From NCBI RefSeq assembly GCF_052425735.1, contig NC_135759.1, positions 29,760,001-29,824,000 on the forward strand: a DNA stretch of 64,000 nucleotides, read 5' to 3'. The DNA is from Oculina patagonica (Eukaryota). The number at the start of each line of letters is the position of its first letter. Positions within the stretch are counted from its first letter, which is position 1. The position numbers and the translations under genes were made by a program. This document shows positions 1 through 12,800 of this stretch, one piece after another. The notes under the pieces are model-generated. The model was not told the DNA's origin and ran no database searches. It saw nothing but the letters and a program-made list of their open reading frames with translations.

Positions 1-130
1 GGTTACTGGTATTTACTAGAGTACTAAGAATCATATTTAATGGTGAATTCTTTGGGCAAAATGTAAAATGAGGTTATTTTAGGCGCACGCTTGTCGACCT
101 TCGCGCGTTACACACCGATATCTCGATTAA

Positions 131-553
131 CCCATTGACTCACGATGATTTTTGACAAAAGCGTATTTTTTGAACATTTTTTGCTTACTTTTCCCTTTTC
201 TCCTTTTCTTATCTTTTTGCTGCAGTTGTTTGCCTTCAACTGGGCTTGCTTGCAGTTTAGGAATTTCCGAGAAAATGCCATCCAAACAGGCAATACTTGC
301 CACTGAAGAACCAAGGGTGGTTAAGGCAAATATATTCTCGTACGAGTTTTTCACTTAAATTTCTAAGCATTTTTGTGGGTATTTCAAGCATAACTGACCC
401 AATCACTCTAATTTGGGCATTTTTGGGAAGGCCTTTTTCTCTTGTAGAGATTGAATATAAGTAATGTTTTATTTTTCGATCAAATGACGTCACAAGTGGA
501 ACAAATAGCAACGTTTGTCACGGCAAGTTTTGTCTGGTACGGGAGCCAATGGG
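131..553. mobile_element. Non-autonomous piggyBac-like MITE
   Basis: TTAA at 127-130 and 554-557; terminal inverted repeats CCCATTGACTC / GAGCCAATGGG; no convincing coding capacity. Confidence 0.75.
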
Positions 554-694
554 TTAAAAACTGTAATCAAGAGTGATTTGCATTCAAGCTGATCATAATA
601 ATTACTGGCAACCAAAGCCAAGCCATTTTTATTAGTCTACCTCCCTGTTTTTCTGAATATAATCTATGCGTATATGCCATCACATGGCACTAAC

Positions 695-1812
695 CTCCAT
701 CCGGATGTTCGTCTTTTGAATGAAAATGACTGCGCCAAAAATTACGAAAGTCCAATACAACGTCTTCAGCACCTAAGATTAACATGACAATTAATATACA
801 GTCGAGTTGACTACGTTGACTTTCTGAGCTGGAACAGACCTTTATAGGCTAAACACAAGATAATGACCCACAGGAAACGCAAACTACGAAATGATTAACT
901 AAAATATTACCCTTGATGAAACAAAAATCAAGGGTTGACGAAAATATACTGTTGACTTGCTCGCGATTTTGTTTTTTGTTTTTTTAGTTCAAAAGAAAAT
1001 AACGTTTTCTTTGGGCACATTTTTAAAGAGTAACCAAAATGGAACCTGTATTGAGCATTGTCTTAATGGGACGCTATCACTGAACATCATGAGCCAAACA
1101 ATCAACAAGAGTTTTCTTATCAAATCAGGAATATTTAAATCGATGAAGCCTAAAAAACGGTCTATACTTTTGTAAAGAATTACTAAACTACTACACATGC
1201 ACGAGGCTCTGATCTTAGATTGAGACATATCGCTAAAAGCTAATTATGCATTTTGTGTATTGGCGAAGATAACCATAATTTTAAGACCATTTTGGCTCAA
1301 AGTTCATTTTCCCATAAAGCACGCAATATTTAATGTTCTTCTCATAGTGTGTTTTTTAAAAAAATCCCTTTTTAATGCCCCGTCCCCCGACTCTGTTCCC
1401 TGCTCTGGTTAGAGCATTATTGTTATTAACCACCCATCGTGGCCCTAGCCAACATCGCCATTAAAAAAAAATCTTTAAAACAAATAGCACTTGGAGGTTA
1501 ATATTGGCTCAATTGTATTTCCGCTGGCCGGGCAAACAATACACACATAGCGTGACCAGCTATTAAATGACTTGAGTCGGTAACTAAAATTACTGAAACT
1601 AAACAGTGTAGTTTGGGTACATTAAATTTCCCCTAATGAAAACGAAATAACAACATCTCATTTTGACTGATTAAAAGACATCTGAATAAACTTATCAAGC
1701 TAGCGCTGTTACCTTCTTGAAGCCTCGTCACTCCACTCCTGAAGAAGTCACGCGCTCGAGAAATCACATTTTCCTCCTCGTACTCATCGTTTGGGATCGA
1801 AAGCTCGCTCAT
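695..1812 (-). CDS. Possible first coding exons of an unidentified minus-strand gene running off the window start (exons 1713-1812 and 695-772)
   Basis: ATG at 1812 opens MSELSIPNDEYEEENVISRARDFFRSGVTRLQE up to a GTAAC donor (phase 1); a 78-nt phase 1-1 exon (TTAG...GTTAGT) continues GAEDVVLDFRNFWRSHFHSKDEHPDG; a further upstream GTAAG donor lies at 2056. No recognisable domain. Confidence 0.3.
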
Positions 1813-3562
1813 TGTGGTACAATTTGATGAACTGCGTTTTTATTCGATGTAGCTGGCATCGGTGGACGAAACAAAATGCCCAGTGCTTGTTCTCACACAA
1901 GTTGTTCAAAGCGAGAGCGGATGTCGTAACGGTAAGCTCATAATGTTTCCGCTATTCACTGAAAAAAGGAAAACAAACGCATTCGGGTCAGCTTGATCAT
2001 AAATTGTAAGATTGATTAATCGTGTTTAGAGAGGTGTCCACAGTTAATAAGCTTACCTTGGATTACTTTCGACCGAGTAGTTTCGACGCGAACACCATGC
2101 TTCTCTTCACTATTCTTGTTGTTCGATGCGTACTAACGGGAAAATCAAATCATGCGTAAAGTTTGATGCCAATTGTACCTATTACTGAAACAACAATAGC
2201 AATACAAAGCAAAACAAAACCAAGAAATAAATGGGTGTACAATGCAACACAGGAACTGCGTCACGGACTACGTATCTTTGAAACAACCTTAAGTTTTACG
2301 CTCATCAAGTTTGCGATTTGTCTTAATTTTCCCTATTTTAAAACATCTTTGTTCCGTTTTGTTAACAGCAAGCAATACATTTTAAGTACTTCTCTACCTT
2401 AATTAACTATTCGCCTGAAACTCCTTTTATTTCAATATGTTTTGTACAGCTTCGCATATACCCTAGAGAGCATGTTTACAGGCTAGGCGAAAAAGGGAAG
2501 GCGCTCGGTGGGTACAACGGGGTTTTAAGAAGAATCGTTTCTTTCAAATTCAACTCTTTTATGTTTTTTTTTTGTCAAGATACATGGGGACTGTTCTCCT
2601 GAGACAAGCCAAAAGATCGATGTCAGAAACCGGCTGTCAAAAAATGCAGCGGTATGTAAATTGCTGAATGGGGTCGTTAATTGTGGCCGTCGTTACCTTT
2701 ATCATGCCCCACAGGAATGTACATTGGCGCATGTTATTAAAAATACGAACGCTCATCACATGTATTAACAATAGTTACCGTCATAAGTCTGATTTTCTCG
2801 TCGTTTGCTACTCACATCGTCCTCGTGTTCTCTCTTCATGGAAGTTATACGAGCGTCTATCCCGTTGAAACATCAATGTATTCATTGATGCTACGTCCTC
2901 CCAGTATCCACAAATTGATTCAGTACTATCAGTTCTGTATCTAAATTGTGCCACAAAAAAGTTCTTGGCTGTTAGAGATTATTTGAACAGCCAGCAGGTA
3001 TGTTTCTCAGTTGTTTGAGCCTGCTGCTTGCGTGCAAAGTTCCGTTCTGAAATATTGATTTACGGTCGAAAGGGTTAAGCCTGCATCACCACGCTTGTCT
3101 AGCTAAGAAGATTTTGAGAATGTATTGTAGCTTGTATTAACTAAATTTATTCGTATTTTAAAAAGGAAAAACAATCTTGTCTAGTTGCATGTACGCCCTT
3201 GATGGCTATGTATACTAAACTCATGGTTTTAACGAGAGGATGTTTTACGAATCAATAACCCAACAACCGAAAAGAACAACAGGACACGAATGACTAGTTG
3301 CTTTACGTTAATTCGGTATTTTCGAATATATTTCAACGGCAAGTTAACTTAAAGGCATTGGTGGTTGCGCTAAGCCAAGAACTTTTGGTTATATTTAAAA
3401 AAAGTCGTTTTGTTTAAAAAACGACAGACAACTGTTGAAAAAAACGTATGCACCACATTTCACGGACGGTGGTAACGTTTATATCACCCCCGTGGTCGTT
3501 GCACTGAGTTATAGTTGCTGACATTAAAACGATATTAACACTATTGACTTGTTTCTTCAGAT

Positions 3563-3788
3563 ATGATGTACTCACCAGAAAAAGGAGTGGAAGAGAATGA
3601 TGGTATGTAAACAGTACATGGACATTTTAAACTAGCTAACTAACCTAAACTTGTATTAACATAATTGTAACACTCGTGCCTGCCCTTTTTAGCTCTATAG
3701 TTATTTCAGGCAACCAGACCCCTAATTATTTATTTATACTTGTCAGCAATTTTTTTTCTTTTTGTAAAATATTAAGGGGTGAATAAAG

Positions 3789-3819
<31 letters not shown>

Positions 3820-6800
3820 CAAAGTTCTAACGATTAAAAAAACACACTAAGGTTTTCTTTTTGGAATATCTCATTCTACCTAAGACGTCATAAATTCTAA
3901 CAAATCCACCGTATTGGATCCTCCATCTTAGATAATAACAATTTAAATTATATTTTTGTAATATCCAGCCTACAATTGGATAATATAATTAATTTGTGTA
4001 ATTGATTTCAATTGACAGATCTGATGAGCAAATTAGAATCTGACGACTTCGATGACATTAATGACGCAATCACTCCCCAGTCCCTTGGAAGATGCAAAAC
4101 GAATGTTTTATTTACAGCATTTAAGGTCTGAGTTCGAACATGCAAACAATAAAATAATTGTAGCTCCACTCATGAGAGTACAGATGTACAAGCCGTTTGA
4201 ATCAGCATGGTTAAAAGTTATGTTGTTAACACTACATACTCATTAAAGCAAAGATTCATTCGCGCCGTAGACTAATTGGCTCTTCTATAAGTAATGTAGA
4301 AGCTTTAAGCTTTCGTTACGATCTTGAACCCAAAGTATTGCCAAATTCCAAAGGATCATTAGCAGATAATGTAACACTGATACCGGGCTATTGTTGGTGG
4401 TTTCTGTGTAAGTTGAACTTCCCCTCACTATATCCAGAAAAATCCTGAGGACTGGCATTTTCTCTCATAATACTTATTTTCAGGTGAGTGGGTTCCTTCA
4501 GGACAAAGCTCGGCAAGAACGACCAGATGTAGAGGAGCTAAAGAAGTTAGCAAGTTCTGTGGACGAGTTTACAACAAGCTTGATAGATCCACTGAAGTCG
4601 GACAAACCATCACGGGAAGCCTTTGGTGATTCTCTTGACTCTATTATAGACAAGGCCATTGAATATAAGCAGATGAAGGTAAATATACCGACATATATAT
4701 TTAAAAATAACGCATTATTACCCTGAATTGCAAATAATGCTACGTTTTCATAAGGATGGCAGCAACTTGTTTTAACCATGAAGGTTTCCTTTAACTGTAA
4801 ATTCGGAACTTTTGGATCGTTACTTTTAGATATTATTTAAAAAAAAAAACATTCACCCAACATGATTGCGTGGAAGGCCAACGAATGGGGATAAAAGACG
4901 TACTACTGTATAAATCAATAACTCACCTTCCATTTCTGGGGGCGCGGTGACCGAATTGCGGATTGTTAGTGCGCTGGGCTCCAGATCGAGGAGTCTGGTT
5001 CAAGCTCAAGCCGGGGGTCACTGCGTTGTATAATTGAGGAGGACACTTTACTCTCATAGTGCCATTCTCCCCCAGGTGTATCGTGTGCCGGTGAATTTAA
5101 TGCTTGAAGGTAACCCTGTGATGGACTAGCACCCCATCCAGGGAGGCGAAGAAATACTACTAGTCGCTTCATGCTACGGAAATCTAAATGAGCTCCGGCC
5201 TGATGGGCAATTATGCCCGTAGGCAGACTTACTAAACCTTTTCTTTTGCATTTCAGTTTATTTCTCATCCTGTTGTATACAACTTGCTAGACAAGCGTTG
5301 GATAGGACAGTTCTATGCTTGGAAGTCTCACTACTGGAGTTGGGCATTCATGTGGTTTTGGTGTTTCTTGGAGGTGATTCTGTTTCCGTTCATATTCGCC
5401 ATTTTCTACGTCAGGGACAAGGCAAGAATATGGATAAGGAAATATCAAGGTTTGAAACACTCTTTTGCTTCAGATATAACTATTTCTCGATACCAGCAAA
5501 ATCTGTACATGTAACTTTAAGTTACCGCCGCAATTTATAGTTGTGTCTAACAGGCACGATCATTTCGAGCAATGAACAACATCGCAAGGAGGAGCTCGTG
5601 TAAAACTTTCGTTTAGCCTCGTGGAAAAATTAATGCTCATGACCTAAAATAAAGTGCCAATGGACATTCTTTATCTATTTTATCCACGATGAATCATTGA
5701 GTATGAGAAAAATAAAGATCTTGAATGCATTGCCCGCTCGAAACCTTTGAAAAAATGAATTTTGTGTTGAAAGCGAAGTGTTAATTCTCCATGGTTGGTC
5801 CGCCTGTGCCGTCTTACAGGTTGTTTTGGATCAAAATAAGTACTGTTCGTAAGGCAATTTAATTCATAGTCATACTTTATTCTTCGTTTTGCATACAAAC
5901 CAGTGTCAGCATTGATATTTCTTTTGAGAACCGTTTTTTTAATAATTTTTTTTATAGATTACAGCATCTGCTTCATCCTTCATACCGAGGGAAAAACTGG
6001 AGACGAGAGCTTTAATCTTATGAAGCAATGCATGTCGCGAGTCATTCATCAGTGCGGAGTCAGATCTGTTAATTATTGCGTGATCAGCAGTATGCAAGGA
6101 GAAGCATACCAGCATGTGGCATTCCAGAGGCAATTTGATAACGAATGTTCACTGGTAAAGAAAATTCTAGCGATGGAAAGGGACACTAAACGAACGCGTG
6201 CGACAATTGACGATGACGTTCAAGAAGCATTAATCGTCTTTGAGGGTCAGACTGCAAGAAAGAAGGTTTGTTCTTATGAAAGTAAACGTCAAACACATTG
6301 ACAACAACAACAACAATAATAATCAGAGATTAACAAATAAATGATGGACTTTTAAACTGAAGGAATGACAATGTCTTATTACACGGTCTAATAATGCGGG
6401 GTTTTTTTTCTTGTCGACAGATTCTTTTCTTGTTTACTAATGATACGTCAAGTTTGCACGGCCAGGCTCGGTTAAGACACGGAAAATTAGAATTTGATGC
6501 CAAGAAACTTAGAAAAGAACTGGAAGTTAAAATTGTGCCCATCGCCATAGGAGATAGTGCTTCTGTGGACGACCTAAGGGACATTGCTTCAATACCCGAC
6601 CGTGCTATCTCAGGCAGAGTGAGCGAGGATCCTTCACATTTGGGACGTAAACTTTTAAGAGGTTGGTTCGTGCTTTTAGTCCTCGTTAAAAATTAAAATG
6701 TTGCACTTAAATTTAGAATACTTGTTTATACATTAAAGAGATACGAAAACCGCAAAAAAACCTGTAGGCTGGATAGACACTTTAAGTCTTCCTCCAAAAG

Positions 6801-9800
6801 AAATTTAGTATAAAGCACTTTGTATCATGTATTTTTATTTTGGGGAAAATATTAAACTGAAAAATGAAATGAAATATTTATCTGGCAGGAACTGCAATCC
6901 TATGATGTTTTTTTTAAATTTTTAAAAGTGCATTATGTTTATAGTTTTACTTTTTTACTTTTTTTAAGAAGAGCATTGTCGCCGTTGTTACACAAGGCAT
7001 GTTACTATTACTTCAGAAATAATAAAACATCTTAGGGCGGATCTAGGGGGAAAGGTGCAGGGGATGGCACCCTCCCCCCTCCCTCCTGAGATGACCTGTG
7101 GCTTTCTAAGACTTTCTAATACTGGTATTATTCAGAAAAAAATGTGGTTTATTGGTGAACCCCTCCTAAGAAAAATCCTGGATCGGCCCCTCAACTTACA
7201 ATCAAGATCTCATTATTTGCAGATGTCAATGTAACCTTGTAAAAAAATAGTTTAAAATTTACACTCAATTGCTGTTGCTGTTTTCTTTTAATAGTGGTTT
7301 ATGGAGCCAGTTTTCGTGGTAAGAATTATTTTTTTTTATCTTTTATCCCTGTATAGATAAAATTCACTCAAACAATTTATAGAATTTTTTAATTACAGAA
7401 ACATGAATTTTCTGTTTTCAGTGCTATTTCCTCCTATTTAATTATAATTTAAATAATTGCGTGATTCCCAGTCAACACTTTCTGTATGTAACGTACATAA
7501 CAATATCGATGAAATGTCATCGCGTGTATCATAAATTAATTCATTTTTGACTAAAACGTTTTAACCCTATTCAGACCGGGGGGGGGGGGGGCTTTTGAGG
7601 CCCGCGCTCTCTTTGAACTTTTATAACTTTTTTAAGATTTAACCAAACGCTGCCAAACTTTCTGAGTTTTCCTAAAATTTATCTGGCAACAAATTGTTAG
7701 GGATGGATGATGTGTCAGGAACTTGACATCACCATGGCAACGGCATTTTGACAGGCATGTTTTCCCAAATTTGTAATTTTGCGTGTTTCTGTTAATAAAA
7801 ATCAACTTAAATGGCATTATTTTTACATTTTTACGGGTTTAAAGCACATTTTTATTCATTTTGAGTACTAAGCAATGATTTTGGGTGGTTTTCTGGCATT
7901 TTGGAAAAATTTTTAAATCCAAGATGGCGGATCCAAGATGGCGGCTGTTTTGACATCATGATGTAATTGTCACGTGATGTGACGTCACCATCCCACGTGA
8001 CGTATACCAAAAGAAAGAGTTTTGGACGTACAATACATCCTATAAGTTTCATGGTGATTCCTTAAGTATTCTGGAAGTTACATAGGGGGGCTTCCGAAGC
8101 CCCCCCTCCCCCCGGTCTGAGAAGGTCCAAAAAAAGCCCGGTCTGAATAGGGTTAACACTTCACATTGAAGAAGTATCCGTTCATTGCTATAAAATCTTC
8201 TCCTTTCCTTAAAAAGGTTTTACCCTTGCATGATTTGCCTTATTAACCCGTGTAATAATCGATAAAAATAACAGCAATATCACTACTGTTAATTTCAGAG
8301 CTGTACCTTGATTACTACGTTACGCCGTACTTCATATTTGCAAGAGACACACTGAGCTACTTTTCCCTGCTTGGTCTTCATGTTGCCATATGTCTTTCCC
8401 CATCGGTCAATACCTTCACTATGGTGGAATGGGCCATTCTGGTGTTCTTTGTGGGCCGTTTCGTTGTGGAGCTCGATCAGTGCTTTAAGAGTGCACCTAA
8501 GGAGTTATCAGCCTCCATGCAACAACAGGCAGCAAGACCAACACATCTGAAAGTCAAGTCAATGGCATCACGAATGCTTAACTCATATCTAAGGTACGTA
8601 TGGTAACAGAAGAATGCGGAACATAGCTCAAAAATGAATTAATTAGGAAAGAAAAGTTTTCTTAAACTTAATGATTGGAGAATGCATCAACTTGGAAAAT
8701 ATGTTTTCCGTCTTAACCTTGATTCCAAAACGCTTTCTTTTCAAATCAAATGATGTAATCGTAGAAAGCTGCTAGGTTTAGAGCAGACTCGCTACGTTAA
8801 TTATAATTTTTTAAATGACGAAACCTCTCAGTCTTTTGAAAGTTCGTCTTCAGGTCAGCCATATTTTAAATTATGGATAACAGAAGCTCACGATGTCTTA
8901 TTAACCCTATTCAGCCGGGTTTTTGTTCAAAAGCCTGAGTCAACTATTACATTTAACACTATTTAGCAGAACCAAGTGGTCGACTATGATACTGTTTGGC
9001 TCACGATCCAAACAGGCACCTACTTAAGATCCAATGAAAATCCCGGCTTAGTAAAGTTTTATAGCCGTAACGTTATCATGATAGGAAAGTTCAATAAGTG
9101 AAGAATTACGTATAATGTAATAATTTATCTCCTAGTGATCGTTGGAATGTGCTGGACTTGATCACTCTTGTTGTCTACTTCATCACATTTATATTGCGTG
9201 TGATCACGTGGGGAATTTCCACACATGTGGCTGGAAACCGGCTGCTGGTTATTGCGCAATACTTGTATGGCCTCAACGCTACCATCTTGACTTTACGGGT
9301 GTTCGGGAGTCTTTTGGAAGCTAACAAAGGGACAGGGATTACCCACATTGCTCTCGTCAGCATTGTCGAAGACGTGGCGATCATATTTATCCAGTTTTTT
9401 GTGGGGATATTAGCATGCTCGTTGGCGATGACCAAAGTACTAATTGCCGAGCACTCTTATACGGGTGTTGACGAGGAAGTTGCAGGGTAAGAAAATTTTT
9501 TTTTTTACGAAAACCTATCCGCCTTCAGTGCCTTTTCCATATTCCTTGGTCTAACGGTTTTAGATTTTCAACGAATATTAAATTTTGACAAGCTACATAA
9601 CGGTTTTCTGCTGCCCAAGCTTAGCTCGTAAAGTGAATAAAACTGCTTTTTTAAAGATATCTCCGCAATGCGGTGATTCTTGATTCGATGAACAGAACCT
9701 TTCCTGCTTCATCATGACTGAGATAAGTCTTAGTAAATAAAGGTTTAATACTAACAATTTTCGTCATCACTGGCCTGAACTATGAACCGATTGCAATATC

Positions 9801-12800
9801 TTTCTTCTCTCAACAGAAAAGAAACTGAGAAAAATAAAACATTACGCTTTGGCAAATAAGACAATTACAATTTAATTACTGCAATCATAACTTAATTTGT
9901 TAATACTTTAATAAGTGATAATAATTTAATTTCTTTGTTTTTTTTTTATCTCAAGGCTATGCAGTGGCACTGGAATCTCTTGGTAATTTGATGTATTTTA
10001 AAAAATATATAATTCATAAGCGATCGAGCGAAGCATACTTAGGAGCTATTATTCCGTTCTGTTTGTAGGTTATACCAATAGTATTTATTTCTCACAGAGA
10101 ATTTTCCTTATTTGGTGGGCCACTATGATTGCAGCCCACGACCGACCGACCAGCTGACCGACCGACCGACCAACAAAGAAATTATTGAACAACGAACAAA
10201 CAATACGAGTAAATGCAATAAACAATCGAACAAACAAACCACGCTGTCCTTCTCTTTTTTGTTAGTCCCTTTTAAGCTAAATCTTATAACCATAAAACAA
10301 TCGCGTCACTTGCGGTGCTTGGCTTATTCATAAGTTTAGTATTTAGTAACGAAGTTTCTGCAGATAATTATTATCTCGTACTAACAATTATCTTTCCTTA
10401 TGATTGACTATTAATTTTTCTTCCGATTCAGTTGGTGGGAAATTGTTAAGCACCTCGGTTGGACACTTCTCGGCATTGCAGACGTGGAGCCCTTCACCTC
10501 GAGTGACTCGTTATCTAACAACATTGCGCAAGCACTGTACGCTGGCTTTATCATAGCAGCGCTCATTCTTCTGGTCAATATGATGATCGCTGTTCTATCC
10601 AGTACTTACGAGCGAGTAGAGGTAAGGGAAAGGCCTGACACCACTTTAAAATTTTCTCTCTTTTTTATTTCTTCGTTACGTCACAGTGAAACGTGTACCA
10701 TCTACATTATAGCGTCGGCAAGTGCCAAGGTCACTCTTAGCTGATTGGGGGGGGGCATTTTATTTCTGTTATTTATTCTTAAGCACATTTTCAATTTTTT
10801 TTTAGTTTTTTTTTTACGTTGTGTGGGCGTAAGGGTAATAACAAACGGGAAATGAATAAAGGAAATTCATGTCCCCGATGCTCTGCAAACAGTTAGAATT
10901 GTAATCTTTTTGCCTGGCTCAAAAACTTTTATTGAAAAAATGCAGTATGTAGTATTTTTTGTGGTCATATTTCGCTCCTCCGTTTTAAAGGGTAGATATG
11001 GTGCTCATTGCTTATGGAAACCTTAAAGGAAGCTTTGATTCTTTTGTTTTAGTTTCTACTGGGATATTACTTTTTCTCCGGCGATGATCAAATATACAGT
11101 TAACCCGAACTAATGTTTTTTGCCTTGTAGAGCAACTCGCTTAGAGAATGGTCTTTGAGAAAGGCCATCATTATCCGAACATTCAGCAACTATCATCCTA
11201 TTCCAGTACCATTGAATTTGATATCCCAGTTTGTAATGTTATTACTGAAATGCTTCAAAGCCTGTCGACGTAGATATGGCTCTCGCAAGTGTTACAGTCA
11301 AATATCTGACTCCGGAATCACATCCGAAGACGATGCAGCTAGTGTAGAGAAGGTAAAAAGGCTGTTTAACAAATATTTTCTGGTTTAGTGAGTAAATAAC
11401 ACAGTCAACTCACTCTAAGACGGACACAGTTGGGACCGACTCCAACTGTCCGTATTAGAGAGGTGTTCGTCTTATAGGGAGTTTAGTTACAGCGAAATGA
11501 CTGAAAAACGGCAGTGGCAGGACCAACAGCAGGTGTCCGTCTTATAGAGATGTCCGCTTAGAGAGGGTTGACTGTATACTAAAACAGTGGATAGCGTTTT
11601 TGGCGCGCACTGATTAGCTACTCAAACTCTAATTATACTTTGCTATTCACCTCCGAGCATCGCGCGCGAGAAAATTGTGACCTTTGACAAGAATAAACTA
11701 GTCGAAAACCGTCCTTTTTTTTTTGGGCTATATTATCTCACCGTTTTAGTATATACTAAAACAACAGTACTATTCACCTCGAGAGTGTCGGTGGCTAGCG
11801 GTGGATATTTACATCGCCGCTTCGCGGCTCGGTAAATCCTCCACTTCGGTGTATAGTTGTTAAATATTCATTATTAGAAAAAATAAGAGAAATGCGGTTA
11901 ACAATCCATATTAAAGATTTCTCTTTTAAAAAAATACATGTAGTCATTACTGCATGGGTAAGCGACGTAAATGCTCAAATCCGGCCTGACTACATTAGCG
12001 TCTATGGGTAAATTCTTTTCTGTGATTTAGGATGATTTTTCCAGACAATTGTCATGATTAGAGGCTCCATGAAGAAATTCTTGATTATGACCTTATATTC
12101 ATTGCTCTTAGGACAGAAATTTGGAGAGTATTCTCGATAAGCTGAAAGCCGTGTACTTTTCAACGCATGGATCCTCGTTCCCTTTAACAGGTAACAAATA
12201 CATTTTTGATGATGATGATGATCGTTATTGGGGGGGATTATTATTACTATTTTCAAAAACTCATTAATGTTGGTTGGGGGGGGGGGGGGGGGGGGGGATA
12301 TCATTAAGAAAATACAAATGAAATTAATGTTTAATGAGTGTCTCTATATCTGATAAAGATACAGCTAAATTTTGTCCAATTTTCTTGGCCAAAATAAACC
12401 AAAATCTAAATATTAGTGCAAATTAGATTGAAAATATCTACATCAGATGTTTTTGAAGCCGTTCAATAAACTCGCAGTTCGTGCTATATCGCGTCTAAAA
12501 CACTCGGCTGCGCCTCGTGTTTTAAACTTGATAAACCACTTCTGCTTGTTTATTAAACATTCCTTTAACCTGCAGCTTATAGTTTTTTTTTTTCTGTTTT
12601 GTCCGTCCACATTGTAATCCGTCGGTGACGCAATCTGCAGGCCTGACACTAGTATACATAATCACACACAAGGCGCCCTCCAAGGCTGTGGCAGATTTCA
12701 AGTGATTTCAAAAGCATTACTGACGACAGTATAACTATGTTTGTAATGTCTTTAAGGGCCTATGGTTGAGTTCCAGCACAGTTTTTTTTAATTTGGTGGT

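Noticed and set aside
9211-9220. NF-kB-like GGGAATTTCC
   Set aside because: Single occurrence inside a coding exon; explained by codons.
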